Assembly (NCBI GenBank): GCA_965228475.1 | Contig: OZ245817.1 | Location: 2,688,001 to 2,752,000, forward strand | From: Myxococcota bacterium | GTDB lineage: Bacteria > Myxococcota_A > UBA9160 > JAFDDA01 | DNA: 64,000 nt | Direction of reading: 5' to 3' | In this document: piece by piece, positions 35,066 through 44,275 of the stretch | Position numbering within the stretch: the first letter of the stretch is position 1 | Layout: every line of letters begins with the position of its first letter | Notes under the pieces: model-generated | The model's input: only the letters and a program-made list of their open reading frames with translations | Told to the model about the DNA's origin: nothing | Database searches by the model: none | Translations under genes and position numbers: made by a program

Positions 35066-36541
35066 ATGTCTTCCGCCGATGCCAGCGCGACGGGAGACAC
35101 CGCGCCGAAGCCCGCCGCGAAGGCCCTCCCCACCGGACTGCTCGTCTCCTACGCCTCGGCCCAGTTCGGCCTCTCGGCCATGAACACCCTGGTGAACACC
35201 CAGATCCCGTTCTTCTACGTCGACACGCTGAAGCTCCCCGCCGCGGCCTTCGGCCTCGTGATGCTGCTCGGAAAGCTCTGGGACGGCGTGACCGACCCGC
35301 TGATGGGTCACCTCACCGACAACACCCGCACGCGCTTCGGACGAAGGCGTCCCTACTTCCTCATCGGCGCCCCCCTGCTCGGCGTCTTCACCTTCCTGCT
35401 CTTCAGCCCGCCCGAGGGCCTCACGGGCGAAGCCGTCTTCCCGTGGCTCCTCGTCACCTTCCTCGGCGCCTTCACGGCGCGGACCGTCTTCGAAACGCCC
35501 TACCAGGCCATGGCCCCCGATCTGACGCCGGACTACGACCAGCGCACCCGCGTCGCGAGCTTCCGCGTCACGATCGGGAACGTCGGCGACATGATCGGGG
35601 CGATCGTCCCGATGATCCTCCTGGCGGCGATCGCCGCGCGCACGACATTCCGCATCAGCGGGGCCGCGATCGCCGTGATCATCGTCGTCACGGCCTTCGT
35701 GACGTTCTGGCGGGTCCGGGAGCGCACAGAGCTCGTCCCGAGGGAGCAGGTTCCGCTGCGCCAGAACCTCTGGCAGATCGTGACCTTCCCGGTGCGGAAC
35801 CGCCCGGCGCGGATCCTCATCGCGAGCTACGCCTGCGCCGTCTTCGCGACGACCCTCCCGACGGCGGTCTTCCGCTTCGTAAACAAGTACGTCTTCACCG
35901 CAACGGGGCTCGAGGGCACCTTCGCCGGCCCCTGGGTCGAGGCCATGGGGAAGTCCGCCTTCCTCGACCTCGGCGTCATCCTCGGCTACTTCGCCGGCGT
36001 CTTTCTCTCGGCGCCGCTCTGGACCCGCGCGCTCCGCCGCTACGACAAGAAGACCGGGTACCTCTTCGCCTTCGGCTACCTCGGCGTGGTCGTGATCGGC
36101 GTCTTCCTGATCCCGCGCGATCTGGGCTTCCTCTTCCCGATCCTGAACCTCTTCGTCGGCGCCGGCGCGCTCGGCCTCTGGATGCTGCCGGGCGCCATCG
36201 GCCCGGACGTCCAGGAGTGGGAGGAGCTCCACCACGGGCGGCGCCACGAAGGGGGCTTCTACGGCATCTGGATGCTGGTCCAGAAGACCGGCGGCGGCAT
36301 CGCACTGTTCGCCATGGGGTTCCTGCTCGACCAGATCGGCTTCGTCCCGGACCTGCCCCAGACCGACCAGACGATCTTCGGCCTGCGCATGCTCTACGGC
36401 GGGACGCCCTTGCTCGTCGTGAGCGTGGCGATCCTGATCTTCTCCCGGTATCCGCTGACGCGGGAGGTGTACGCCGACGTCCAGGTCGAGCTCGAGGCCA
36501 AGCGCCGCGAACGCAACGGCACGGACGCAGGCGACGCCTAG
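35066..36541 (+). CDS. MFS transporter, glycoside-pentoside-hexuronide (MelB/MFSD2-like) family
   Basis: WDGVTDPLMGHLTDNTRTRFGRRRPY, PYQAMAPDLT...RT, RHEGGFYG, YPLT. Confidence 0.9.
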   Translation: MSSADASATGDTAPKPAAKALPTGLLVSYASAQFGLSAMNTLVNTQIPFFYVDTLKLPAAAFGLVMLLGKLWDGVTDPLMGHLTDNTRTRFGRRRPYFLIGAPLLGVFTFLLFSPPEGLTGEAVFPWLLVTFLGAFTARTVFETPYQAMAPDLTPDYDQRTRVASFRVTIGNVGDMIGAIVPMILLAAIAARTTFRISGAAIAVIIVVTAFVTFWRVRERTELVPREQVPLRQNLWQIVTFPVRNRPARILIASYACAVFATTLPTAVFRFVNKYVFTATGLEGTFAGPWVEAMGKSAFLDLGVILGYFAGVFLSAPLWTRALRRYDKKTGYLFAFGYLGVVVIGVFLIPRDLGFLFPILNLFVGAGALGLWMLPGAIGPDVQEWEELHHGRRHEGGFYGIWMLVQKTGGGIALFAMGFLLDQIGFVPDLPQTDQTIFGLRMLYGGTPLLVVSVAILIFSRYPLTREVYADVQVELEAKRRERNGTDAGDA

Positions 36542-37092
36542 CCCGGCGGGGCGAAGGCGACCACGCTGTAGGCCACGGCCGTCGCGCTCCCGACGTTGCG
36601 GTAGGAGTGACGCTGGTCGCCGCGGAAGGCCACGACGTCCCCGGGCTCCAGGCGGAAGCGCTCGCCGCTGGCCACGAGTTCGAGCGTGCCGCGCTCGCAG
36701 GTCAGGTACTCGCGCGTCCCCGGCGTGTGGGGAGTGCCGGTCATCTGCCCGCCGCGCGGGATCTCGAAGCGGTCGATCTCCATGCCGGGCACCGGATCCG
36801 GGAGGAGCGCCCGGACGCGCGCCGCCCCGCGCTTTCGGGTCGGGAGCGAAGCGGCGGGGTGGAGCTTCCCGCCCGAGCGCGGCGGCCCGATCAGCTCCTG
36901 CACCGAGACCTGGAGGGCCGCCGCGACCTTGATCAGGACGGCCAGCGTCGGGTTGGCCGAGCCGGACTCGAGGGTCGCCCAGGTCGGGCGGGGCACCTCG
37001 GCCAACCGGGCCACGCGTTCCTGGGTGAGCCCCCGTGCCTCCCGGAGGATGCGCAGGTTCTGGGCGAGATGGAGCGGGACGTCGGGTTGCAT
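36538..37092 (-). CDS. XRE-family HTH transcriptional regulator with cupin domain
   Basis: LREARGLTQ...LESGSANPTL; HTPGTREY...GD...F.GDQRHSYRN. Confidence 0.9.
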   Translation of the reverse strand: MQPDVPLHLAQNLRILREARGLTQERVARLAEVPRPTWATLESGSANPTLAVLIKVAAALQVSVQELIGPPRSGGKLHPAASLPTRKRGAARVRALLPDPVPGMEIDRFEIPRGGQMTGTPHTPGTREYLTCERGTLELVASGERFRLEPGDVVAFRGDQRHSYRNVGSATAVAYSVVAFAPPG

Positions 37093-37212
37093 CCCGGGAG
37101 CATGACAGAGCGGAGTCGCCCTGGCGACATCGCTGTCGACTCATCGACGAAGCGCTCTCGCGCCGACGCGCGGGGCCTGAGGTAGCGTTCGACGGCGCCC
37201 GAGGAGGACTCC

Positions 37213-37824
37213 TTGATTCTCTACACCGCTCAGGCTCCGAACGGCCGGAAGGCCTCCATCGCCCTCGAAGAGCTCGGCATCCCCTACGAGACCGTGTGGG
37301 TCCGCACGGACCAGGGGGAACAGTTCGAGCCGGACTTTCTGGCCAAGAACCCGAACAACAAGATCCCCGTCCTCGACGACGACGGCTGGATCATCTGGGA
37401 GTCCGGCGCGATCCTTCTCCACCTCGGCGAGCGCCACGACCCCGAGGGCCGCATCCTCCCGAAGGATCCGAAGACCCGCATGGAGGCGATCCAGTATGCC
37501 TTCTTCCAGACCGGCGGCATCGGGCCCAACATGGGGCGCCTCGGCGCCGCCCTGCGGAAAGAGGGCGAGAAGAACGCGGAGATGATCGAGATCTTCTCGG
37601 CGGAGGTCGACCGGCTGATGGGCGTGATCGACACGATCCTCTCGGACGGCCGCGAGTACCTCGCCGGGCCCTACTCGATCGGCGACATCATGCACTACGG
37701 CTGGCTCTCGATCGCCTACGGGCTGAAGGCGCCCCAGGTGATGTCGCGCGAGCGCGTCGTCGCCTGGCTCGAGCGCATCGGAGAGCGCCCCGCCGTCCTG
37801 CGCGGCCTCGCGGTTCCGTCCTAG
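37213..37824 (+). CDS. Glutathione S-transferase (YfcG-like)
   Basis: TTG start after GAGGAGG; PNGRKASIALEE, NPNNKIP, WESGAIL, YSIGDI. Confidence 0.9.
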   Translation: MILYTAQAPNGRKASIALEELGIPYETVWVRTDQGEQFEPDFLAKNPNNKIPVLDDDGWIIWESGAILLHLGERHDPEGRILPKDPKTRMEAIQYAFFQTGGIGPNMGRLGAALRKEGEKNAEMIEIFSAEVDRLMGVIDTILSDGREYLAGPYSIGDIMHYGWLSIAYGLKAPQVMSRERVVAWLERIGERPAVLRGLAVPS

Positions 37825-37892
37825 CCGAACGCACGATTCGAAAGGTGAGAGGCGCGGCGGGAGCGGCGCGGCTTGCGTGATACGTTCCCGCC

Positions 37893-38636
37893 GTGCCGAA
37901 GCCTCGTCGCGAAAAGGCCCGGCCGCCCCGCCGCTGGCTCCGCTTCCTCGCCGCCCTTCTCGCCCTGGGCCTCCTGTGGGCCTCGGCCGTGGCCGCCGTT
38001 CCGATCCTCTTCCTGCGCTTCGTGCCCCCGCCGGCCACGGCGTTCATGCTGCGCAGCCGAAGCGAGGACCCCGCGACCGGGCGCGCCTGCCCCCAGGTCC
38101 ACTACCGCTGGGTCGCCTTCGACGAGATCAGCCCCCACCTCGCCCTCGCGGTGCTGGTGGCCGAAGACCAGCGCTTCTTCGAGCACTACGGGTTCGACCT
38201 GAAGGCAATGGAGCGGGCCTTCCGGGAGAACCGCGGCAAGGGGCGCCGGCGCGGCGCCAGCACCCTCACGCAGCAGCTCGCCAAGAACCTCTTCCTCTAC
38301 CCGGAGGCGACCTACGTGCGGAAGCTCGCCGAGGCCTGGTTCGTGGGCTGGATCGAGCTGCTCTGGCCGAAACGAAGGATCCTGGAGACGTACCTGAACG
38401 TGGCCCAGTTCGGACCCTGCCGCTTCGGCGTCGGCGTGGCGGCGCCGGACTACTTCGCGCGGGCCCCCTCGAAGCTCGGGCGCCCGGAGGCGGCACTGCT
38501 CGCCGCGGTCCTGCCGAGCCCGGGCCGCATGCGCGCCCACGACCCGGGGCCCCACGCCAGCGAGCGGGCCGCCTTCATCCAAGGGCTGATGGGGAAGCAC
38601 GGAGGCCTGCGCAAGGCCGTCGCCGAGATTCGCTGA
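37893..38636 (+). CDS. mtgA: Monofunctional peptidoglycan transglycosylase (GT51)
   Basis: AEDQRFFEHYGFD, RGASTLTQQLAKNLFL, RKLAE, KRRILETYLN; no transpeptidase domain. Confidence 0.92.
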   Translation: MPKPRREKARPPRRWLRFLAALLALGLLWASAVAAVPILFLRFVPPPATAFMLRSRSEDPATGRACPQVHYRWVAFDEISPHLALAVLVAEDQRFFEHYGFDLKAMERAFRENRGKGRRRGASTLTQQLAKNLFLYPEATYVRKLAEAWFVGWIELLWPKRRILETYLNVAQFGPCRFGVGVAAPDYFARAPSKLGRPEAALLAAVLPSPGRMRAHDPGPHASERAAFIQGLMGKHGGLRKAVAEIR

Positions 38637-38643
38637 GCCGGCC

Positions 38644-40674
38644 CTAGCCGAGGCGGCGCGAGCGCTGCCGCAGCCGCGCCGCCAGGGGCAGCGCGAGGGC
38701 CACGATCAGGCCGAAGGCGCCCGCGGCCGACCCACAGGAAGCCGGCGCCGGTTCGCACCAGTCGCCGGTGCCGTCGTCGTCGGCATCGTCCTGGTGCGGG
38801 TTCCATTGCAACGGGCAGTTGTCCCGCTCGAAGGAGATGCCGTCGCGGTCGGCGTCCTCGGCCGCCTCGTGACAGACCAGCCCGCCATCGTCGCGGCCGC
38901 AGATCTGCAACCGGTCGGCCCCCGAGAGGTTCGCGAGCAGCAGGCTCGCACCGTGCTCCTCGGCGTCCCAGCCCTGGGCATCGAGGAAGTTCGTGTTGAC
39001 GGGGTAGTGATAGTCGACGAAGCCCGCGCCGGTCGAGCGGGCGCACACGATGCCCGCCGCATGGCGGCCGCAGACGTCGGCGCGCCCGTCGCGGTCGAAA
39101 TCGCCGAGGCGGATCGAGAGGAACCGGCCGCGCGCCGCCCAGCCCTCGAGGTCGGTGAAGCCGGGCGTGATCCATGCGGCCGAGGCCGCGAACCCGGACC
39201 CCGTCGAGATGGCGCAGCGCAGGCCGTCCGAGCCCCGCAGGCAGACGTCCGCAAGGCCGTCCCCGTCGAGATCGCCGAGCTCGAGGGTGGCTCCGTACTC
39301 GCTCCCGCCGTAGCCGCTGGCGTCGTCGAACTCGGCGGTGAAGCGCGCGGCCGCGGCGAACCCCGAACCGGTCGAGAGCGCGCAGTGCACGCCGTCGACC
39401 GAACGCCCGCAGACGTCGGCGAGGCCGTCGCCGTCGACGTCGCCCAGGCGGATGGAGCGATAGCGGCTCTCGGCGGCGGCGAACCCCGCGAAATCGGAGA
39501 AGTCGGCGCTGACGAACCCGGAGGGGAGGAATCCCGTCCCGTCCGAGAGCTCGCACACCCAGCCCGCGGCGCCCCGCGCGCACGCGTCGGCGCGGCCGTC
39601 GCCGTCGACGTCGCCGAGGCGGAAGGTCGTGGCCTCTGCCGCGCCGCCGAAGCCGGCCGCGTCCGAGAAGCCGGCGGACCACAGGGACGGGGTGCCCAGG
39701 GCCGCGCCGTCCGACAGCGCGCACATCACGCCGTCGGCGTGGCGGGCACAGACGTCGTCGTCCCCGTCCCCGTCGACGTCCCCGGCGCGCAGCGTTCCCG
39801 CGGCGTCCGGTGCGGCGAACCCCTCGGCATCCGAGAACCCACCCCAGGCCACGGCCGGGCCCGCCGTCAGGCCGCCTTCCATCCCCGAGATGGCGTCCCC
39901 CGGCACCCAGACGAAGGGCGTCCCCGGGAGGGCCTCGACGCCGAGCACGATGGCCTCGATCACGCGCTGGTGGTAGGTCGGATCCTCGTCGATCACGCGC
40001 TCGTGGAGGACGATGCCTCCGTTCTGGTCCGGACGCGCCACGATCTGGGCGACGTAGTCGTCGGCGCACTGCTGCGACGTCTTGCCCTGGCCGAAGCACG
40101 CCCAGTCCTGGGCGTTGATCTCGTACTTCCAGTTCGCCATCAGGAGATCGAACTCGCCGGTCGCCAGCAGCTCCTGCTGCATGGCGACGCTCCACTCGCC
40201 GTAGGGGACGCGCAAGAGGTGCATGCCGTCGCTCAGGAAGGGCGCGATGCGCTGGAAGACGAGCCGGACCTCCTCGGGCCCGACGGTGATGTCGTTGCTC
40301 CACCGCTGATGGGTCTCGGTGTGGTTCGCGATGCGGTGCCCGAGGGCCACCGCCTGGCCGAGGACCTCCGAGCCGTTCGGCATCGCCTCGATGAGATTGC
40401 CGTTCACGAAGAAGGTCGCGCGCACCCCGTGGTCGTGGAGGAACTGCGCGAGCGGCAGGGTCAGGGCCGCCGGGCCATCGTCGATCGTGAGGGAAAGGGT
40501 CCGCGGGGGAAGCGGAATGCCGCCGGGGTAGCCGCTGCCGTCGCTGCTGTAGTCGGCGATCGACTCCGGCAGGATGACGGCCCACGCCGGAACCACGGCG
40601 AGCAGCAGCGACATCGAGAGCAGGACGTGGATCGACGCACGAAGACGAATGGCGCACCTCCCCTCGCGTGCCAC
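38644..40674 (-). CDS. Secreted polysaccharide deacetylase (NodB/CE4) + FG-GAP/VCBS repeats + TSP3 + Cys-containing C-terminal anchor
   Basis: TIDDGP, NHTETH, RVPYG, DW, IVLHE; six GDxDGDGxxDxCxR-type repeats; DNCP...GDWCE; SCG-TM-basic tail. Start uncertain (40674, 40650 or 40614). Confidence 0.85.
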   Translation of the reverse strand: MAREGRCAIRLRASIHVLLSMSLLLAVVPAWAVILPESIADYSSDGSGYPGGIPLPPRTLSLTIDDGPAALTLPLAQFLHDHGVRATFFVNGNLIEAMPNGSEVLGQAVALGHRIANHTETHQRWSNDITVGPEEVRLVFQRIAPFLSDGMHLLRVPYGEWSVAMQQELLATGEFDLLMANWKYEINAQDWACFGQGKTSQQCADDYVAQIVARPDQNGGIVLHERVIDEDPTYHQRVIEAIVLGVEALPGTPFVWVPGDAISGMEGGLTAGPAVAWGGFSDAEGFAAPDAAGTLRAGDVDGDGDDDVCARHADGVMCALSDGAALGTPSLWSAGFSDAAGFGGAAEATTFRLGDVDGDGRADACARGAAGWVCELSDGTGFLPSGFVSADFSDFAGFAAAESRYRSIRLGDVDGDGLADVCGRSVDGVHCALSTGSGFAAAARFTAEFDDASGYGGSEYGATLELGDLDGDGLADVCLRGSDGLRCAISTGSGFAASAAWITPGFTDLEGWAARGRFLSIRLGDFDRDGRADVCGRHAAGIVCARSTGAGFVDYHYPVNTNFLDAQGWDAEEHGASLLLANLSGADRLQICGRDDGGLVCHEAAEDADRDGISFERDNCPLQWNPHQDDADDDGTGDWCEPAPASCGSAAGAFGLIVALALPLAARLRQRSRRLG

Positions 40675-40835
40675 CGGCCGAACGAACGCACAGACTAAAC
40701 CCGCTCTCGAGGAACGAGGCGGACTTTTTCGCAGAATCGAGCGGACTGAGGGTCTTCTCCGACACCCCGGCGAGAAACTGTTCGACGCGAAACTGCGTCG
40801 GCCACACCGGGGACGGAGCGTCGGCCGCTAGGCGA

Positions 40836-42446
40836 TCACGAGAGCTGGCGCTTCAGCACCTTTCCGGTGGGGTTTCGCGGAAGCGCGTCGAGAAACACGA
40901 TTTCACGCGGGACCTTGTAGCGGGCGAGGTTCTCCTTGACGTGGGCCTTGAGCGCCGCCTCGTCGGCCTGCGCGCCCTCCTTCAGGACGACGAAGCCCTT
41001 GAGTCGCTGTCCGAACTCGTCGTCCGGAACGCCGATCACCGCCGCCTCGACGACGTCGCCGTGGTCGGACAGCAGGTCCTCGACCTCGCGCGGGAAGACG
41101 TTCTCGCCCCCCGAGACGATCATGTCGTCGTCGCGTCCATCGACGAACAGGCGCCCGTCCTCGTCGAAGTGACCGACGTCGCCGCTCGACATCAGCCCGT
41201 CGATCACCTCCTTGTTGCCTCCGCCGGTGTAGCCCTCGAACTGGTTCCCGTTGGCGACGAAGATGCGGCCGGTCTGGCCCCGGGGCACTTCCTTGCCCTG
41301 GTCGTCGAGAATGCGGACGGTGACCCCGCGCGGCGGGCGGCCTGCCGTCCCCGGCGCGGCGCGCAGCTCGTCGGGCATGGCGATCGAGGCCTGGGCGACC
41401 TCGGTCGAGCCGTAGAAGTTGTAGATGTTGTCGCCGAAGGTATCCATCCAGCGCAGGGCGAGTTCGCCGGGAAGGGCCGAACCGCTGGCGCAGACCAGCT
41501 CCACCGAGGACGTGTCGTAGCGGTTGATGACGTCCGGCCCGAGCTCGAGGATGCGCTGCATCATCACGGGCACGACGGCCATGACCTCGGGGCGAAGCTC
41601 CTGGATCGCCGCGAGCGTCCCCTCCGGATCGAACTTCCTCCGCATGCAGATCGTGCTGCCGAGCTGGGCGCCGATCATCAGGTGGAAGCCGCCCCAGGAA
41701 TGGAAGGCCGGCGCCACGATCAGCGCGCGCGTCCCGGTGCGCAGGGGCATCCGCCCGAAGAGCCCGACGAGGCTGTCGATGCCCTGGGACTTCACGGTGC
41801 GCTGAGCGCCCTTGGGCGTGCCCGTCGTCCCGGAGGTCAGCACCGTCACGCGGCCCTGCTGGGGCGGCGCGTCGAGCGGGGAGTCGTCGTGCTGCGCGGC
41901 GAGTTCGGCCAGCGTCGGCTCTTCCGAGGCCGACGTCGAATGGGTGATGAAGCGCAGCAGGTGACTGGCGCCCTCCTCCACCATGGGCCGGAACTCCTCG
42001 TCGTAGAGGATGACCTGGGTGCCCTCCCGCTTGCAGACCTCCGCGAGCTGGGGCGCGGCGAAGCCCGTGTTCAGGAGCAGCGTGTTCGCACCGATCTTGT
42101 CCATCGCACATTGGGCCTGGACGAAGCCGCGGTGGTTCCGCGCGAACAGGCCCACGCCGTCGCCGGGCTTCACGCCGGCCTTCATGAGCGCGCGCGCGAT
42201 GGCGTTGGTCGAGCGGTCGAGCTCGCCGAAGGTGATGCTGCCCTCTTCGTCGATCACCGCCTCGCGGTCGGGCTCCCGCTGGGCCGCGGCATGGAACCCC
42301 GCGGCCGCGGTGGTGCCGTATTTGCGGACGGCCGGGCCGACGGTCCGCAGGAAGCTCGGGGACAGGAACCCCGAACCGCCGAGCACCTGAAACACCTCCG
42401 CTGCGCGGCGCAGCGGCCCACCCTGACCGGTCCCTCGTAGACTCAT
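40836..42446 (-). CDS. Acyl-CoA synthetase (AMP-binding, FadD-like)
   Basis: TSGTTGTPKG, YGSTE, SGDVG, GRDDDMIVSGGENV, PRNPTGK. Confidence 0.92.
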   Translation of the reverse strand: MSLRGTGQGGPLRRAAEVFQVLGGSGFLSPSFLRTVGPAVRKYGTTAAAGFHAAAQREPDREAVIDEEGSITFGELDRSTNAIARALMKAGVKPGDGVGLFARNHRGFVQAQCAMDKIGANTLLLNTGFAAPQLAEVCKREGTQVILYDEEFRPMVEEGASHLLRFITHSTSASEEPTLAELAAQHDDSPLDAPPQQGRVTVLTSGTTGTPKGAQRTVKSQGIDSLVGLFGRMPLRTGTRALIVAPAFHSWGGFHLMIGAQLGSTICMRRKFDPEGTLAAIQELRPEVMAVVPVMMQRILELGPDVINRYDTSSVELVCASGSALPGELALRWMDTFGDNIYNFYGSTEVAQASIAMPDELRAAPGTAGRPPRGVTVRILDDQGKEVPRGQTGRIFVANGNQFEGYTGGGNKEVIDGLMSSGDVGHFDEDGRLFVDGRDDDMIVSGGENVFPREVEDLLSDHGDVVEAAVIGVPDDEFGQRLKGFVVLKEGAQADEAALKAHVKENLARYKVPREIVFLDALPRNPTGKVLKRQLS

Positions 42447-42545
42447 GCTGGTGTTTTACTTCAGGCCCGCCGTGGGGTCGAGCACGATCGGCCCGGCGCC
42501 CCCCGAACCGCCCCGAGCGAGTAGACTGGCGCTCCCGGAGGCCCC

Positions 42546-43676
42546 ATGGACCACCCCGTGATCTCGGCCGATTCCCACATCACCGAGCCCCCGAACACCT
42601 ACCTCGACTTCATCGATGCCCGCTGGAAGGACAAGGCCCCGCGCATGGAGGCCCTCGGCGCCATCGGGGACGCCTTCGTGATCGACGGGCTCCCGAAGCC
42701 CGTTCCCATGGGCCTCGTGGCGGCGGCGGGGAAGCCGGCCGAGGAGATCCGCATCACCGGGAGCCGCTTCGCAGACCTCCACCGCGGCGGCTGGGACCCG
42801 GAGGCCCGCATGGCCGACCAGGAGCGCGACGGCGTCGCCGCCGAGATCATCTACCCGACCGTGGGGATGGTGCTCTGCAACCACCGCGACTTCGACTACA
42901 AGCAGGCCTGCATGGAGGCCTACAACCGCTGGCTCGCCGAGTACTGCGCCGCGCACCCCGAGCGCCTGCTCGGCTGCGGTCAGACCGCCATGCGAAGCCC
43001 GGAGGACGGCATCCGGGATCTCGAGACGATCGCCGCCCTCGGACTGCGCGGCGTGATGATGCCGGGCGAGCCCGCCGTCGAGGACTACGACTCCCCCCGC
43101 TACGACGCCTTCTGGGAGAAGGCCATCGAGCTCGGCCTCCCGCTCTCCTTCCACATCCTGACCGGGGCGGACAACTTCAAGACGCGCGGCCCGAAGATGA
43201 ACGGCTTCCTTTCGATCATCCGCGGCTGCCAGGACATCATGGGGACGGTGATCCTCGGCGGCGTCTTCGAGCGCCACCCGGCCCTGCGCGTCGTCTGCGT
43301 CGAAGCCGATGCCGGCTGGGTACCCCACTACATGTACCGGATGGACCACGCCTACAAGCGTCACCGCAACTGGCTGCCCGCGGGTCAGGAGCTCTCGCGC
43401 CTGCCGAGCGAGTACTTCGCCGAGCACATCTACACGACCTTCCAGGACGACTGGGTCGCCTTCCAGAGCGCCGACATGATGAACTGGCGCCGCTTGCTCT
43501 GGGCGAACGACTTCCCCCACAGCGACTCGACGTGGCCCGACTCCCAGGCGATGCTCGCGGAGCACGGCCAACACCTCCGCCCCGAGCAGCGCCGCGCAAT
43601 CCTGTGCGACAACACCGCCGCGCTCTACGGCATCGACCCGGCCGCGCTCGCCACGCAGAAGGAAGGACACGCATGA
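42546..43676 (+). CDS. Amidohydrolase_2 family metalloenzyme
   Basis: ISADSHITEP, DQERDGV...YPT, SFHI, GVFERHP, WANDFPHSD. Confidence 0.9.
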   Translation: MDHPVISADSHITEPPNTYLDFIDARWKDKAPRMEALGAIGDAFVIDGLPKPVPMGLVAAAGKPAEEIRITGSRFADLHRGGWDPEARMADQERDGVAAEIIYPTVGMVLCNHRDFDYKQACMEAYNRWLAEYCAAHPERLLGCGQTAMRSPEDGIRDLETIAALGLRGVMMPGEPAVEDYDSPRYDAFWEKAIELGLPLSFHILTGADNFKTRGPKMNGFLSIIRGCQDIMGTVILGGVFERHPALRVVCVEADAGWVPHYMYRMDHAYKRHRNWLPAGQELSRLPSEYFAEHIYTTFQDDWVAFQSADMMNWRRLLWANDFPHSDSTWPDSQAMLAEHGQHLRPEQRRAILCDNTAALYGIDPAALATQKEGHA

Positions 43677-44275
43677 CCGCAGCCACCCCGGACGAAGCCA
43701 GCGCCCCCGCCGACGCGATCCCGCTCGGCACCCTCGCCCGGCGCGACGGCCTCGCGGCCCTGGGTCTTCTTTCGGCCTTCGCGGCCGCCGACGCCTGGCA
43801 CGCGGCGACAAGCCTCCGCATCGCCTCGCTCCTGACCACGCTGAACGGGATCGCCGCGGGCATCCTGCTCGGCGGCCTCGCCCATGAGTGGGGACACTTC
43901 GCCGGGGCGCGCTTCTCCGGGGCCGCCGCACCGACCAAGAAGGGCCGACTCTTCCAGTTCATCTTCGACTTCGATCTCCAGAAGAACTCCGAGCGCGCCT
44001 TCCGGGCCATGAGCTTCGGGGGGAACCTCGGCCACTGGGCCTTCGTGGCGCTCCTCGCCCTGGCCCTGCCCCTCGACACGCCGGGCCGCTGCGCCCTGCT
44101 CGCTTCGGCGTTCGGCGTGGCGCTGGCGGCGAGCGTGACCGAGTTCCCGATCCTGCAGCGGAGCTACGCGGGCGCCACGCCGGCCGAGAGCTTCCGCGGA
44201 CTCAGCGCCGCCAGCCTGAGCCGCGACCGCTGGATCGGCGCCGCGGCGGGCGTCGCCCTCTTCCTGATCCTCTAG
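43673..44275 (+). CDS. Membrane protein with HExxH motif
   Basis: ATGA overlap with the amidohydrolase; AHEWGHFAGA; several hydrophobic segments. Confidence 0.65.
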   Translation: MTAATPDEASAPADAIPLGTLARRDGLAALGLLSAFAAADAWHAATSLRIASLLTTLNGIAAGILLGGLAHEWGHFAGARFSGAAAPTKKGRLFQFIFDFDLQKNSERAFRAMSFGGNLGHWAFVALLALALPLDTPGRCALLASAFGVALAASVTEFPILQRSYAGATPAESFRGLSAASLSRDRWIGAAAGVALFLIL

